The notes: generated from the sequence alone by a model not told the origin. A stretch of 64,000 nucleotides of DNA from Desulfobacterales bacterium (GCA_046483495.1 JAWODC010000074.1:53052-117051), one strand, 5' to 3'. Counted from the first letter of the stretch, positions 18,924-29,763 are shown. Translations and numbers: made by a program.

Positions 18924-19047
18924 TGGATTCCCCCATGATTAGGATAGCAGGCAATCGATGTGCCGATCAGCGCGCGAGCACGGGCAAGTGAATCGGTGTT
19001 TTGTGCTCGAGCGCAGCCGGTGAAAGGGTGGTGCCGCTTTTCACGGT

Positions 19048-19242
19048 TCAGCGTTCTTCCGGCACTCCCAATTTCCTTAGAAGGACCGCCATGGGGCAGG
19101 TCTTGGTAAATCCGCTCTGCAGCAGGTTCACGCCCACGAACGCCGTAAATAAATACCAATAAGAGCTTACCCAGGTCCCCAAGGCCAGTGTCAATAAAAT
19201 AAACGTTCCCGCAATAATATGCAACCAATCATCGATGATCAT
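19048..19242 (-). CDS. DUF2892 (YgaP-like) small membrane protein
   Basis: 64 aa, IAGTFIL...FVGVNLLQSGFTKTCP. Confidence 0.85.
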   Translation of the reverse strand: MIIDDWLHIIAGTFILLTLALGTWVSSYWYLFTAFVGVNLLQSGFTKTCPMAVLLRKLGVPEER

Positions 19243-19380
19243 GATGCCCCCTTATTTTTTATTTTGGCAATAACGTCCATTGGCCGAGGACCGAGGTTTG
19301 AACTTCAAAGCCGGCCATCCGACCGCAGGTTACGCTCAAAACCGGATATTGCATTCAGGTGTGTCAGGGGGAATCCCGAT

Positions 19381-20970
19381 TCAGGCCTTTTTGACCTCGG
19401 CTATCTCTCCCGGGCTGGGAACGAATACGGAAAACCCGTTTTCCGAGAGGAAATCTGCAAAGGACAACGCCTGGTCTTCTTCACCATGCACCAGCGCGAT
19501 CCGCTTCACGTTAAGATTGGACTCCTTCAAGAACCGCAGCATGTCATTTTTATCGCCGTGGGCGCTGAACCCCCCCAATTTTCTCACACGGGCCCTTAAC
19601 GGATATTCCTTATTGAGAAACCTGAGAATGGGCGGGCTTCCGTTTCGGCCGGATCTTTCATATTCCGTGCCCTGTTCGAGAATCCGTCTTCCCAGGGTGT
19701 TTTGGGCCATATACCCCACGATCAGAATCGTATGGCGTTCGTTGTGTATTTTATACCGCAGGTGATGGAGCACCCTGCCGGCCTCACACATCCCCGATGC
19801 GGCAATCACGATATGGGGCTTTTCTTCCCGGTTTAGTGCCATGGATTCTTCGACCGAACCAATGTATCGAATTTCCTTGAAAACAAAGGGGTTCTTTTTC
19901 TGCTGAAGAAAGGTCTCATGGGTTTCCCTGTCGTAGATTTCGGGATGCTCGCCGAACACCGTCGTTAAATTGGTCGCAAGCGGACTGTCAACGTAAACCG
20001 GAAGCCTGGGAACAACGCCTTCGTTGTATAATTCATGCAGGACATAGAGAAGCTCCTGGGTCCTTCCAAAAGCGAATGAAGGAATGATAATCGATCCGCC
20101 ACGTTCGACCGTCTCATTGATCATTTCGGCGAATGCCGGTTTCAGAGCACCTACCGGCTCATGGACCCTGTTGCCGTAAGTGCTCTCTAAGATCAGCAAA
20201 TCCAAATCCCGATCCGGCTCTTCAAAATCACGGTTTGGGTCCCGAATAATCGGCTTATCGAATCTTCCGATATCACCGCTGTAGCCGATCTTGAACTCAT
20301 GCCCGTTTTCATTGATCCGGAGAATGGAAAAAGCCGATCCAAGGATATGGCCGGCTTCATAAAAGGTAAGAGAAGCACCCTTTCCGATGGTGACCGGATA
20401 GCGATAGGGAATGCCTTCAAAATATCCAAGTGATTTTTCAGCATCGGCAACCGTATAAATAGGCTCAACCTTTTCCAGGCGGTACTTGGAAATCATTTTG
20501 TTGATGATGTCCGTGTTCAACCGGTGCCCTTCACGCTTGAGTTTTTTCTTGAGTTTGTCATTTTCTTTCTTTTCGCCCTTTGACAAGCCCGAATCGGACT
20601 GTATCCGATTCAGGGCGGTCCTCAGGGTCTTGTAGTTAAGATAATCGGCATCGGATTCCTGTATGTAGGCGGCATCCATCAGCAAATACGATGAGACATC
20701 CTCTGTAGCCCTGGTGCAGTAAATCCTTCCAAAGAACCGTTCCGATCGTATCAGCATGGGGATGCGGCCGGAATGATCGATGTGACCATGGGACAACACG
20801 ACATTGGTAATGATCTTCGGATCGAACGGCAGGACCCTGTTCTTTTCGGTCGATTCTTTCCGCTTTCCCTGAAACATTCCGCAATCCAGCAGAACTCTGT
20901 TTGGGCCGCTGCATACCATGTGCATGGACCCGGTGACTTCACGAACCGCTCCAATAAAAACCACCTCCAT
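19381..20970 (-). CDS. MBL-fold beta-CASP hydrolase (RNA-processing, Ysh1-like)
   Basis: GAVREVTGS, DCGMFQG, HGHIDHSGR, AGHILGS, SGDIG, ESTYG, SAHGD, LVHGE; start from SD GGAGG. Confidence 0.9.
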   Translation of the reverse strand: MEVVFIGAVREVTGSMHMVCSGPNRVLLDCGMFQGKRKESTEKNRVLPFDPKIITNVVLSHGHIDHSGRIPMLIRSERFFGRIYCTRATEDVSSYLLMDAAYIQESDADYLNYKTLRTALNRIQSDSGLSKGEKKENDKLKKKLKREGHRLNTDIINKMISKYRLEKVEPIYTVADAEKSLGYFEGIPYRYPVTIGKGASLTFYEAGHILGSAFSILRINENGHEFKIGYSGDIGRFDKPIIRDPNRDFEEPDRDLDLLILESTYGNRVHEPVGALKPAFAEMINETVERGGSIIIPSFAFGRTQELLYVLHELYNEGVVPRLPVYVDSPLATNLTTVFGEHPEIYDRETHETFLQQKKNPFVFKEIRYIGSVEESMALNREEKPHIVIAASGMCEAGRVLHHLRYKIHNERHTILIVGYMAQNTLGRRILEQGTEYERSGRNGSPPILRFLNKEYPLRARVRKLGGFSAHGDKNDMLRFLKESNLNVKRIALVHGEEDQALSFADFLSENGFSVFVPSPGEIAEVKKA

Positions 20971-21195
20971 CATCATCCTCCATTTGCGTGTCGATTTCCT
21001 GTCCCTCAGTTCCGCCAATCCGGGACAAGGGATGTTCACCGATTCTGAAGACTTGCCGGAAAAACGGTGAGAATTCGGAGAAAACGTTTCTGGCATTCGG
21101 CGAATGCGATACACCCCGATTGCATTCGATTTTCACCCGGCATATGCAGGTGAAACAATTCGGCGCAAAACGTGTACTCAACATCGCACTTATCG

Positions 21196-21338
21196 GTGTC
21201 CATCCGGAAATGAGAACATTCGATTCCGTTCAAGACGGCCGGGAAATTTTAACCGCGGGTTTACATTGAGTATTTTGAGGATTAAAATTACCCGGCCAAC
21301 GCCGAAATGGAGCGAATCAGCCATTTCTGGATGGGCTC
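21196..21338. mobile_element. Full-length ~143-nt MITE/ERIC-like hairpin element
   Basis: Terminal inverted repeats GTGTCCATCCGGAAATG / CATTTCTGGATGGGCTC followed by TA; inner 16-nt arms at 21237-21252 and 21282-21297. Confidence 0.75.
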
Positions 21339-21561
21339 TATTTAGAATCTCTCCCTATAACAATTGCCTGATACACCTGTCAACATTGCGGAACGGCAAA
21401 CGAAGGCTACCGTTTTCAACCGGCACCAGGCCTCATGGAAAGGTTATTTTTTTACCGGACATCCCGTTGATTTTATGGTAGAAGAAAAAAGCCGGGCGGT
21501 CCGGCGGCGGCTTTTTTGCATGCAGGCGGTTGATCAATTGAAAGAACTCTCGGGAAGGGAT

Positions 21562-21867
21562 ATGAACAGAAGAAGATTCAACAGCATCGCTTTTTTTTGG
21601 CTTATCACGGGATTTTCCGTGTTTTCCGCCTATATCGCCTATATCGCCGGTGGAATCGCTCTTGAATCCAAAGAAGGGACCCTGCTTTTTGGATTTTTAT
21701 TGCTGTTGTACCTGTGCTGGTTCATTTACGATTCCTTCGTGGATATCACCGCATCCCTAAAAGATTCCGTCACCTTGAATCTAACCCGCAATCCCGCGGT
21801 GTGGGCCATGTACTGCTACTGGATTGCTTTTCTGATCCTGCCGATCGTGTACGGTTTAGTCACCTGA
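21562..21867 (+). CDS. Small hypothetical membrane protein (3 TM)
   Basis: MNRRRFNSIAFFW..., three hydrophobic segments, purine-rich SD before ATG 21562. Confidence 0.6.
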   Translation: MNRRRFNSIAFFWLITGFSVFSAYIAYIAGGIALESKEGTLLFGFLLLLYLCWFIYDSFVDITASLKDSVTLNLTRNPAVWAMYCYWIAFLILPIVYGLVT

Positions 21868-21910
21868 AATGCCTCATTTTCATAATTGCAGGGAAAATGA
21901 CATACGGTTT

Positions 21911-22549
21911 TCAAGACATCCCATCCGGAAGCTGCCAATGAACGGGCGGATTACCCGGAATGATTGCTGCAATATGGCCGTTGAAATATACATGCTCCAC
22001 TTCGAACAGCAGGCTGTTGTACCGAAGGGCCAGGCGGCGGTCATCCGGTATATGGGTGACACGGCAGTTCAGCATGTCACGGAGTCCGGTGCCGTGAAGT
22101 TTGATCAACGCCTCTTTTGCCGTCCAGAATCGGTAAAACGTGACATACGGTCCGGCATTTGACAATTCCCATTCCGCTTCGATTGCCACCTTTCTGAACA
22201 GGCCGGGGTGGCACGGTTTTATTTCCTCCAAGTCGAGCCCCACCGGATCGGCCGAAACGACCCCGCCGACAAAGGACGGCTTATGGGTGATGCACCAGTA
22301 ACAGCCGTTTGACGGAATCGGCACCCCATCGGCGTCCTTTATCAATTCCCCAAGAACCACGCCGCTCGATGCGGCGGAAACAGCCAAGGCTTTTCTGGCA
22401 TGACGGCTTAAGCATACCACCCGCTCGTTTGGCGGCAGCTTCCGCTTCCTTTCGGGGAAACGGTGAATCACCGGATGTAAGGCCTTACCTGCGATTTTCT
22501 TCCTCCCCGGATGCCAGGATAATCCTGCAGTCCGCGACCGTGGCGCCAC
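21911..22549 (-). CDS. 4'-phosphopantetheinyl transferase (Sfp-like); start uncertain
   Basis: ITH, VGLDLE and FWTAKEALIK motifs. Confidence 0.85.
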   Translation of the reverse strand: MAPRSRTAGLSWHPGRKKIAGKALHPVIHRFPERKRKLPPNERVVCLSRHARKALAVSAASSGVVLGELIKDADGVPIPSNGCYWCITHKPSFVGGVVSADPVGLDLEEIKPCHPGLFRKVAIEAEWELSNAGPYVTFYRFWTAKEALIKLHGTGLRDMLNCRVTHIPDDRRLALRYNSLLFEVEHVYFNGHIAAIIPGNPPVHWQLPDGMS

Positions 22550-24653
22550 TTCCTTCCGAATGAACCAGCAGCGGATTCACATCCATCTCTTTGATCTCCG
22601 GATGGTTTTCGGCAAGATCCGACAATCGGACCATGGTGCGAACGAGCTCCTCCATGTCCGCCCTGGGCTTGTTTCTGAACCCCTCCAGAAGCTTGATGGA
22701 TCGAATGGATCGGATCATTCTTCGGGCTTCGTTTCGTTGAATGGGCGCAAAGCGGAAAGTCACATCCTGAAGAACTTCCACAAAAATGCCGCCTAATCCG
22801 AACATCAGCAGCGATCCGAATACCGGATAATCATTAATCCCGACGATAATTTCATCCCCCGAGGGCGCCATTTTCTGGACGATCACGCCGTCGATTACCG
22901 CCTCGGCATGATACGCTTTTGCCGCGTCGATAATTTCGCCGAACACCGCCTTGACGCCTTCGTTTGAGGTCACATTCAATTTAACGCCGCCGGCATCGGA
23001 CTTGTGGATAATCTGCTCTGATGATATTTTCATGGCCACGGGGAAACCGATTTCTTCGGCCAATCGGCATGCTTCGTCTTCATCGGCGGCCAGCCGCGTA
23101 GGCAGCACCGTAAACCCATAGCATTCAAGAATTTGCGTGCCTTCCACTTCACCCAGCCGCAACTTGTTTCTATCCAGACACCCTTTGATAATATCCGCAG
23201 CCCGCCGGGTGTCGTGTGTAAAAGAGAAATGGGCCAGGTGTTGACGGTTCAGCCAGTTGGCGTATTTATACAGGACGCCGAACGCTTTTGCCGCCTCTTC
23301 GGGAAAGCGAAACACCGGTATGCCCTGCTCCTGGAGGTATTTCACGCCGGCGGATACGTCAACGATGCCCATGAAAGAGCACAATATGGGTTTATGGGAT
23401 CTTCGGGCGATTCGTGCAATGGCCTTGGCCGTTTCAAGCGCATTCGTCATGGACTGGGGTGTCAGTATGACCAGGGCGCCGTCCACCCCCTCATCGCGGA
23501 TGACGGCCCATAAAGCGTTTTCATACCTTTCGGGGGCGGCATCGCCGATAATATCCACGGGATTCGTCAGGTTGGCCGTTCTCGGCAGATGACTGGCCAG
23601 TGCTTCAACCGTGTCGGGCCTGAACTCGGACAGCCGAAGCCCGGAAGTCACTGTCATATCCGTGGCCACGATACCGGGACCGCCGGCATTCGTGACAATG
23701 GCCACCCGGTTGCCGTCCGGCACTTTCCTCCTGTATTTGCCCAGAGCGCTCTCGTTTTTGTAGGCAAATACACCGGCATAGTCGAAGAGTTCGTTGATGG
23801 TGTTGATGCGAATAATGCCGGCCTGTTGAAATATGGCATCGTAAACCCCTTCCGATCCGGCCAGTGATCCGGTGTGGGATGCGGCGGCTCGTGCTCCGGC
23901 GGTCGTCCGTCCGGATTTAATGGCCAGGATCGGCGTGGGCCGATCCCCGGAAGTAATATCCTTCACCTGATCGATGAACTCCGCGGCCTTACGGCGCAGT
24001 TCTTCCAGATAGATCATGATGACCTCGGTATCCATATCGCGATGCAGGTAATTGAGAAGATCGAGTTCATCCACATCGGCTTTATTGCCGATGGAAATAA
24101 ATTTTGAAAACCCGAAATCGCGGTCCGCGGCAAAGTCCAACACGGCCGTGCATAATGCACCGCTCTGAGAAATGAACGAAATATTACCCGCCTTCGGCAT
24201 GCGTGTCGAAAAACTGGCGTTCAGCCTGACCTCGGGCAGTGGGTTGATCACCCCGAGACAATTGGGGCCCACCAGTCGAATGCCGGCCTCTTTGCAAATC
24301 GCAACGATTCGGTTTTCAATATCCTGCCCTTCCGGGCCCACCTCCCGAAAGCCCGCCGAGACGATTACGATACCCTTCACCCCTTTTTCAGCCGACTCCT
24401 CTACCGCCTTTAATGCGTATTGAGGAGGCAATATCAGCATGGACAGGTCCAGTTCGTCCGGTATGTCAAGAATCGAGGGGTAGGCCTTTACACTCAGAAC
24501 GGATCTTGCAGACGGGTTGACCGGATAAAGTGTGCCGGTAAACCCGCCTCTCAGTATGTTTTCGAATATGTCATGCCCCACTTTTCCCGGCGTTTTGGAA
24601 GCCCCGACAACAGCCATGGCCTTGGGCAGGAAAATAGCGTTCAGATCTCCCAT
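22485..24653 (-). CDS. ADP-forming acyl-CoA synthetase, alpha-beta fusion
   Basis: GPNCLG, SQSGA, SHTGSLAG, NPVDIIGDA, ATP-grasp HKSDAGGV, EMDVNP; alternative start 24665. Confidence 0.92.
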   Translation of the reverse strand: MGDLNAIFLPKAMAVVGASKTPGKVGHDIFENILRGGFTGTLYPVNPSARSVLSVKAYPSILDIPDELDLSMLILPPQYALKAVEESAEKGVKGIVIVSAGFREVGPEGQDIENRIVAICKEAGIRLVGPNCLGVINPLPEVRLNASFSTRMPKAGNISFISQSGALCTAVLDFAADRDFGFSKFISIGNKADVDELDLLNYLHRDMDTEVIMIYLEELRRKAAEFIDQVKDITSGDRPTPILAIKSGRTTAGARAAASHTGSLAGSEGVYDAIFQQAGIIRINTINELFDYAGVFAYKNESALGKYRRKVPDGNRVAIVTNAGGPGIVATDMTVTSGLRLSEFRPDTVEALASHLPRTANLTNPVDIIGDAAPERYENALWAVIRDEGVDGALVILTPQSMTNALETAKAIARIARRSHKPILCSFMGIVDVSAGVKYLQEQGIPVFRFPEEAAKAFGVLYKYANWLNRQHLAHFSFTHDTRRAADIIKGCLDRNKLRLGEVEGTQILECYGFTVLPTRLAADEDEACRLAEEIGFPVAMKISSEQIIHKSDAGGVKLNVTSNEGVKAVFGEIIDAAKAYHAEAVIDGVIVQKMAPSGDEIIVGINDYPVFGSLLMFGLGGIFVEVLQDVTFRFAPIQRNEARRMIRSIRSIKLLEGFRNKPRADMEELVRTMVRLSDLAENHPEIKEMDVNPLLVHSEGSGATVADCRIILASGEEENRR

Positions 24654-24661
24654 AGTATTCC

Positions 24662-25540
24662 TCATCGTGCATGTTTTATTTTCACGATTTCATCATAGAC
24701 CGCCTGCTTGGACATTCCCAGCTTTTCCGCAATTTGTTTTGACATGACCGCCGGCTTTGCATCTGTTCCATCCAGTGCGGCGACGATTTCCTCTCTCAGG
24801 GATGATCGGGCATCCGTTCTGTCGTCACCTCCGTCGATTACCAGCGTACATTCTCCTTTTACACCGCCCCTTTTTTCCAACTTCGTCAAAATTCCGGAAA
24901 GCGGACCCCTGATAAACTCTTCATGCGGTTTTGTCATTTCTCTGGCCAGTACGGCATTGCGGTCTTCCAACGCATCGATCAGTTCAGCCAAAAGCGCCAT
25001 AATGCGTCGAGGGGATTCATAGAGAATGTGGGTTCTGCGGTCATTTTTCATGGCCCGGATCTGCTCGAGGCGCCTGTTCTTTTTTCGATCGAGAAAACCG
25101 ATAAACACGAATGCGTCTGTGGCCAAACCGGAGGCGGTCAGTGCCGTCACAAGGGCGGAAACCCCTGGAATCGGGACGACGGGGATGCCGTTTTCAAGCG
25201 CTTTCTTGACCAGCCGATACCCGGGATCCGAAACCATGGGTGTGCCGGCTTCGGAAATCAGGGCGACAGCAGCGCCCCGTTTCAACCGATCGATCAATCC
25301 CGGCGCTCGCTTATCCTCGTTGTGATCATGATAGGAGATCAGGCGGTTGCCGATCGTGTAAAATTTTAAAAGTGCCGCCGCATGACGGGTGTCTTCGGCA
25401 GCGATGATATCCACGCACCTCAATATGTCAAGAGCACGCAGGGTGATATCCGCCATATTGCCGATGGGGATTGCGACAATATACAAATGCCCAGGCTCCG
25501 GTGTCGATCCTGCTTTATCCGTAGGGGATTTCAAACGCAT
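24662..25540 (-). CDS. rsmI: 16S rRNA (cytidine1402-2'-O)-methyltransferase
   Basis: LYIVAIPIGN, AAEDTR, SEAGTPMVSDPG, YESPRR, REMTKPHEE. Confidence 0.95.
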   Translation of the reverse strand: MRLKSPTDKAGSTPEPGHLYIVAIPIGNMADITLRALDILRCVDIIAAEDTRHAAALLKFYTIGNRLISYHDHNEDKRAPGLIDRLKRGAAVALISEAGTPMVSDPGYRLVKKALENGIPVVPIPGVSALVTALTASGLATDAFVFIGFLDRKKNRRLEQIRAMKNDRRTHILYESPRRIMALLAELIDALEDRNAVLAREMTKPHEEFIRGPLSGILTKLEKRGGVKGECTLVIDGGDDRTDARSSLREEIVAALDGTDAKPAVMSKQIAEKLGMSKQAVYDEIVKIKHAR

Positions 25541-25886
25541 TTTTCACGATTTCAATTTGGGGGTCGGCACCCGAATTCAGGATGGTCACCACATCGAACC
25601 GGGCTCTTTTGTTCATCTGATCGGTCATTTTCAAATAAAACAATGCCGTCAAAGCGATCTTTTCTTTCTTTTTGCGGGTTATTGAAAATTTCGGGTCGCC
25701 GAACCGGGTGGAACGCCGGGATTTGACCTCGACAAACACGAGCGTGTCGCGGTCTTTGGCGATAATATCGATTTCACCGGTGAGCGTCTTATAGTTGGTC
25801 TCGAGAATTTTATACCCCCTCCGCTTCAGGAGTTTCGAAGCCAACATTTCGCCTTTTTTACCGAACCGCTGGTGTGCATTCAGCAT
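25515..25886 (-). CDS. yraN: YraN-family putative endonuclease (UPF0102)
   Basis: GKKGE, GEIDIIA, LVFVEVKSR, RFDVV. Confidence 0.93.
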   Translation of the reverse strand: MLNAHQRFGKKGEMLASKLLKRRGYKILETNYKTLTGEIDIIAKDRDTLVFVEVKSRRSTRFGDPKFSITRKKKEKIALTALFYLKMTDQMNKRARFDVVTILNSGADPQIEIVKNAFEIPYG

Positions 25887-25904
25887 GTCCGCCCTTCTTT
25901 ACGA

Positions 25905-26294
25905 TCATGTGTTTTCCAGCACATGGCTGTCCGGAACAAAACACGTGAATTCGCCGCTGAATACCGGTTCACCGTTTCGGCAAACGGTCACTTTTACCAT
26001 CCGCTTTTTACCCCGGGTTTCCGTCACGCCGGCTTCGGCCACCAGATCCTGACCGACCGCAACCGGTTTTAAAAACTTCACATCCGCGCTTCCGAGCACC
26101 ACATGTGGATGATTCACCGCGATCATGGCCGCGTAATCCGCCATCCCGAAAACGAAGCCCCCATGCACAAGGCCCTGTTCATCCGCCGCCATCTCCTGAA
26201 CGGTTTTTAAGGTGACGCGGCTGTAACCGTTTTTCGTCTCCACCGGATTGCCGCAAAGACGATTGTCGATTTCTCGATGGGTGGCGATTTTCAT
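25905..26294 (-). CDS. PaaI/hotdog-fold thioesterase
   Basis: GLVHGGFVFGMADYAAM, VKFLKPV. Confidence 0.88.
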   Translation of the reverse strand: MKIATHREIDNRLCGNPVETKNGYSRVTLKTVQEMAADEQGLVHGGFVFGMADYAAMIAVNHPHVVLGSADVKFLKPVAVGQDLVAEAGVTETRGKKRMVKVTVCRNGEPVFSGEFTCFVPDSHVLENT

Positions 26295-26369
26295 GTCGGC
26301 CTTTTATTCCTTTTTTATCCGGCGACGCATTCCTCAAGGTTCAATTGATATGATTATACTAAGTATTTC

Positions 26370-26398
26370 TTGACAAAATAGCAACGTGAATTTAGAAC
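26370..26398 (+). promoter_or_regulatory. Sigma70-like promoter upstream of the IHF gene
   Basis: TTGACA-N17-TAGAAC. Confidence 0.6.
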
Positions 26399-26560
26399 GT
26401 GCTGAATTTACAGGATCCCACGTATGGATGGCCGGAAAGCCGGCTGAAATGAGCGGCGGGGCATAGGATCGAACGGGACAACACGTCAAGACCTGTAAAT
26501 TGCTCATAGCGTGTCGAAACGATTCAATCGGCCCAAAAAAGATTTAAGGAGTTTTAGGTA

Positions 26561-26845
26561 ATGACGCTTACAAAGTCTGACATCGTGGCTAATCTCACGG
26601 ACGAACTCAACCTGTCCCGAAAGGCGGGAACGGAAATTTTAGAAACTCTGCTTGAAATTATCAAAAAAAATCTTGAAAATGGAGACGATGTTCTCGTCAG
26701 CGGGTATGGAAAGTTCTGTGTAAAGGAAAAGACCCCCCGGCGGGGCAGAAATCCATCCACAGGCGAAGATATGACGCTGCCCAAACGCAAAGTCGTAGTT
26801 TTCCGATGTTCTCATATACTGAGGGAAAAGATCAACGGCGGCTGA
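26561..26845 (+). CDS. ihfA: Integration host factor alpha-type / HU-family DNA-binding protein
   Basis: MTLTKSDIV...VSGYGKF...RRGRNPSTGE; SD AAGGAG. Confidence 0.88.
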   Translation: MTLTKSDIVANLTDELNLSRKAGTEILETLLEIIKKNLENGDDVLVSGYGKFCVKEKTPRRGRNPSTGEDMTLPKRKVVVFRCSHILREKINGG

Positions 26846-26881
26846 TCGCCGCCACGTTTTCGGCAGCAGGAGACCGGCCCG

Positions 26882-27433
26882 ATGAACGTTTCCGACTTGG
26901 ATGAAAGCGCCCGCAGTTTTTTGATGCGCCTTAACGATGTCACCGGCGGCGATGCATCGAAAACCGTATCGATGTATGATATCGGGGATAAGGAGGGCTT
27001 GGATAGGGAAACGGCCGCCAAGATTGCGGAAATTCTTATCGGCAATCAACTGGCCTCCATCAAAACCCTTGCCGGAGGAATCGGCATTACGGAAACGGCG
27101 CTTAATGAACTCGCCGAAATGGAGCATGGGACATCCGCAACCGAGCACCGGCATTCCCTTTCCGGTTCGCTGATGATCGATGACGCCGATCGCGAGGCGC
27201 TTGAGTCCATCCTCAATGCATTGAAATGCCGGATCAATGACTTGGAACTCGAATTTGACGCACTGGCCGGTCTGATGGCGGATATCAGAACGGTCGATAT
27301 GCAGTTGACGTCTCCCTCTCCTCGAACCGCCGTCATCCGCGAATGCTTCATTTCCATCCATGGACGGCTTGCCGAAAGCAAGCAAAGCGGCCTGCGTGAG
27401 CCAATCACCGACCTTTTAGGGGGCGAGCCTTAA
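26882..27433 (+). CDS. Hypothetical protein (possible N-terminal winged helix)
   Basis: 183-aa ORF filling the gap after IHF. Confidence 0.7.
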   Translation: MNVSDLDESARSFLMRLNDVTGGDASKTVSMYDIGDKEGLDRETAAKIAEILIGNQLASIKTLAGGIGITETALNELAEMEHGTSATEHRHSLSGSLMIDDADREALESILNALKCRINDLELEFDALAGLMADIRTVDMQLTSPSPRTAVIRECFISIHGRLAESKQSGLREPITDLLGGEP

Positions 27434-27442
27434 ACGAAAAAA

Positions 27443-27727
27443 TCACGATCGGCCATAGAAAGCACCGGCCAGGACCCAAATTCCCACTGCAACAAATGCA
27501 ATCCCCGCCCCGGCCCTGATGTACTGTTCCGGAATCCACCGGCTTACAGCCGCACCCGCCAGGACCGCCAGCAGCGAGCTCAGTACCAGGGCCCCGGCGG
27601 AACCAATGAAAACCGCAACCTTCGAGCCGCTCTCGGCTGACAGCGCCAAGGTGGCCAGCTGGGTTTTATCGCCAAGCTCCGACAAAAAAACAAGGCCGAA
27701 TGTCGTCATGAGGATTTTAAAGTCCAT
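27443..27727 (-). CDS. TMEM165/GDT1 (UPF0016) single-domain membrane protein
   Basis: ELGDKTQ motif, 3 TM. Confidence 0.92.
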   Translation of the reverse strand: MDFKILMTTFGLVFLSELGDKTQLATLALSAESGSKVAVFIGSAGALVLSSLLAVLAGAAVSRWIPEQYIRAGAGIAFVAVGIWVLAGAFYGRS

Positions 27728-27741
27728 CTCTACATTACCAC

Positions 27742-29763
27742 CTATTGTTTTTTCAAAAGGTCCGTTGCCGCCTTTACGATATGCTCCGGTGTAAAACCGA
27801 ATTTCTTCAGCACCTCACCGCCCGGTGCGGACGCTCCGAATGTTTCGATACCGACGACCGCCTCCTCACTGCCCGTATATTTTCCCCATCCCATGGATAT
27901 GCCCGCTTCGATTGCCAACCGGACCCTTGCCTTCGGCGGCAGAATGCGTTTCTTGTAGCCTTCGGACATTTTTTCGAAAAGTTCCCAACTCGGCATGCTC
28001 ACAACCCGGCAGGCGATCCCTTTTTCCGCCAGAAGATCTTTTGCCGAAAGGGCGATATGCACCTCCGAACCCGTGGCAATCAGAATGATGTCCGGTTTGC
28101 CGGGTGAGTCGGACAGCACGTAGGCGCCCCGTTCCAACCCTTTGTCCGCATTGCTGTTTTCCAGGATGGGAAGCTTTTGGCGGCTTAACAGCAGCGCAAC
28201 GGGACCATTGGTGATTTTCAGCGCCTTTTGCCAGGCCTGGGCCGTTTCAATGGCATCGGCCGGACGGATGACGGTCAGGTTCGGAATCGCGCGCAACGAG
28301 GCGATATGCTCGATCGGCTGATGTGTCGGTCCGTCTTCGCCTACGGCCACGCTGTCATGGGTGAAAACGTAAATCACCGGCAGTTTCATAATGGCCGCCA
28401 CGCGTATGGCCGGCCGCATGTAATCGGAAAAAACGAGAAATGTTCCGCCATAGGGGCGGATGCCGTTGTGCAGGAACATACCGGACATGATTGCGGCCAT
28501 GGCATGTTCGCGGACCCCGAATCGAATATTCCGGCCCTCGTATGTGTCTTTTTGGAATTCGGCCGGGCCCTCGAGATAGGTCTTGTTCGAGGGTGCCAGG
28601 TCCGCCGACCCTCCGACCAGCGTGGGAAGATTCTTTGCAATGGCGTTTAAAACCTTCCCCGAAGCCGCCCGAGTGGCGATCGGAGCGTCGGACGGTTTGA
28701 AATCAGGAATATCCCTGTTCCAGCCGTCCGTCAAATAACCGCTCACGGCATCCGCCCATTGGACCGCCTTGTCAGGAAAGGATTCGCGGTATTCATCGAA
28801 CGTTTCCTGCCATGCCGCCTCGGCTTTTCCACCCCGTTCGATGCTTTGCCGGAAAACAGCCAGCGCTTCCTCCGGCACCGCAAAAGAGGCATCTTCAGGC
28901 CATCCGAGGTTTTTCTTCGTAAGGCGCACCTCCTCTTCACCCAGTGGTGCGCCGTGAGCATCCGCCGAGCCCTGCTTGTTGGGACTGCCGTGTGCAATAT
29001 GGGTTTTGACTATGATCAGGGAAGGTTTTTCGGTATCCGCCCGTGCCTCTTCGATGGCCTTTGCAATCGCATTCACATCGTTGCCGTCATAAACGGTGAT
29101 CACCTGCCATTTATAGGCGGCAAACCGTGTGCCCACGTCTTCGGAAAAGGTGATATCCGTGGGTCCTTCGATGGAAATCTCGTTGTCGTCATAGATGCAT
29201 ATCAGCTGAGACAGGCCCAAATGGCCGGCCAGTGAAGCGGCTTCCGAAGAAATGCCCTCCATCATATCGCCATCACCGCACAGGACGTATGTATAGTGAT
29301 TGACGATCTCATAAGGCGGACGGTTAAAGCAAGCGGCCAAATGCCGTTCTGCAATGGCCATGCCGACGGCATTCGCAATGCCCTGCCCTAAAGGCCCGGT
29401 GGTGGTTTCGACACCGGGGGTGTGTCCGAACTCCGGATGCCCCGGGGTATTGCTCGCCCATTGTCTGAAATTTTTCAGGTCATCGAGGCTTACGCCGTAT
29501 CCGGTCAAATAAAGCAGGCTGTAAAGCAGCATGGAGGCATGGCCGCACGAAAGAACAAATCGGTCACGGTCCAGCCATGCCGGGTTTTCCGGATTATGCT
29601 TCAGAAATCGTGTCCACAGGACATAGGCGGCCGGCGCCAATCCCATGGGCGCACCCGGGTGGCCGGAATTCGCCTTCTGAACGGCATCCATGGATAAGGT
29701 CCGGATCGTGTTGATGCATAAATCGTCGATGCCCGCGTCAGCAGGCATTGTGTTGTATGTCAT
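27742..29763 (-). CDS. tkt: Transketolase
   Basis: [54 protein letters not shown]. Confidence 0.97.
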   Translation of the reverse strand: MTYNTMPADAGIDDLCINTIRTLSMDAVQKANSGHPGAPMGLAPAAYVLWTRFLKHNPENPAWLDRDRFVLSCGHASMLLYSLLYLTGYGVSLDDLKNFRQWASNTPGHPEFGHTPGVETTTGPLGQGIANAVGMAIAERHLAACFNRPPYEIVNHYTYVLCGDGDMMEGISSEAASLAGHLGLSQLICIYDDNEISIEGPTDITFSEDVGTRFAAYKWQVITVYDGNDVNAIAKAIEEARADTEKPSLIIVKTHIAHGSPNKQGSADAHGAPLGEEEVRLTKKNLGWPEDASFAVPEEALAVFRQSIERGGKAEAAWQETFDEYRESFPDKAVQWADAVSGYLTDGWNRDIPDFKPSDAPIATRAASGKVLNAIAKNLPTLVGGSADLAPSNKTYLEGPAEFQKDTYEGRNIRFGVREHAMAAIMSGMFLHNGIRPYGGTFLVFSDYMRPAIRVAAIMKLPVIYVFTHDSVAVGEDGPTHQPIEHIASLRAIPNLTVIRPADAIETAQAWQKALKITNGPVALLLSRQKLPILENSNADKGLERGAYVLSDSPGKPDIILIATGSEVHIALSAKDLLAEKGIACRVVSMPSWELFEKMSEGYKKRILPPKARVRLAIEAGISMGWGKYTGSEEAVVGIETFGASAPGGEVLKKFGFTPEHIVKAATDLLKKQ

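Noticed and set aside
26455..26480. GGGGCATAGGATCGAACGGGA resembling a tmRNA 5' end
   Set aside because: No room for ~350 nt before IHF, and no tag ORF or tRNA-like 3' end found
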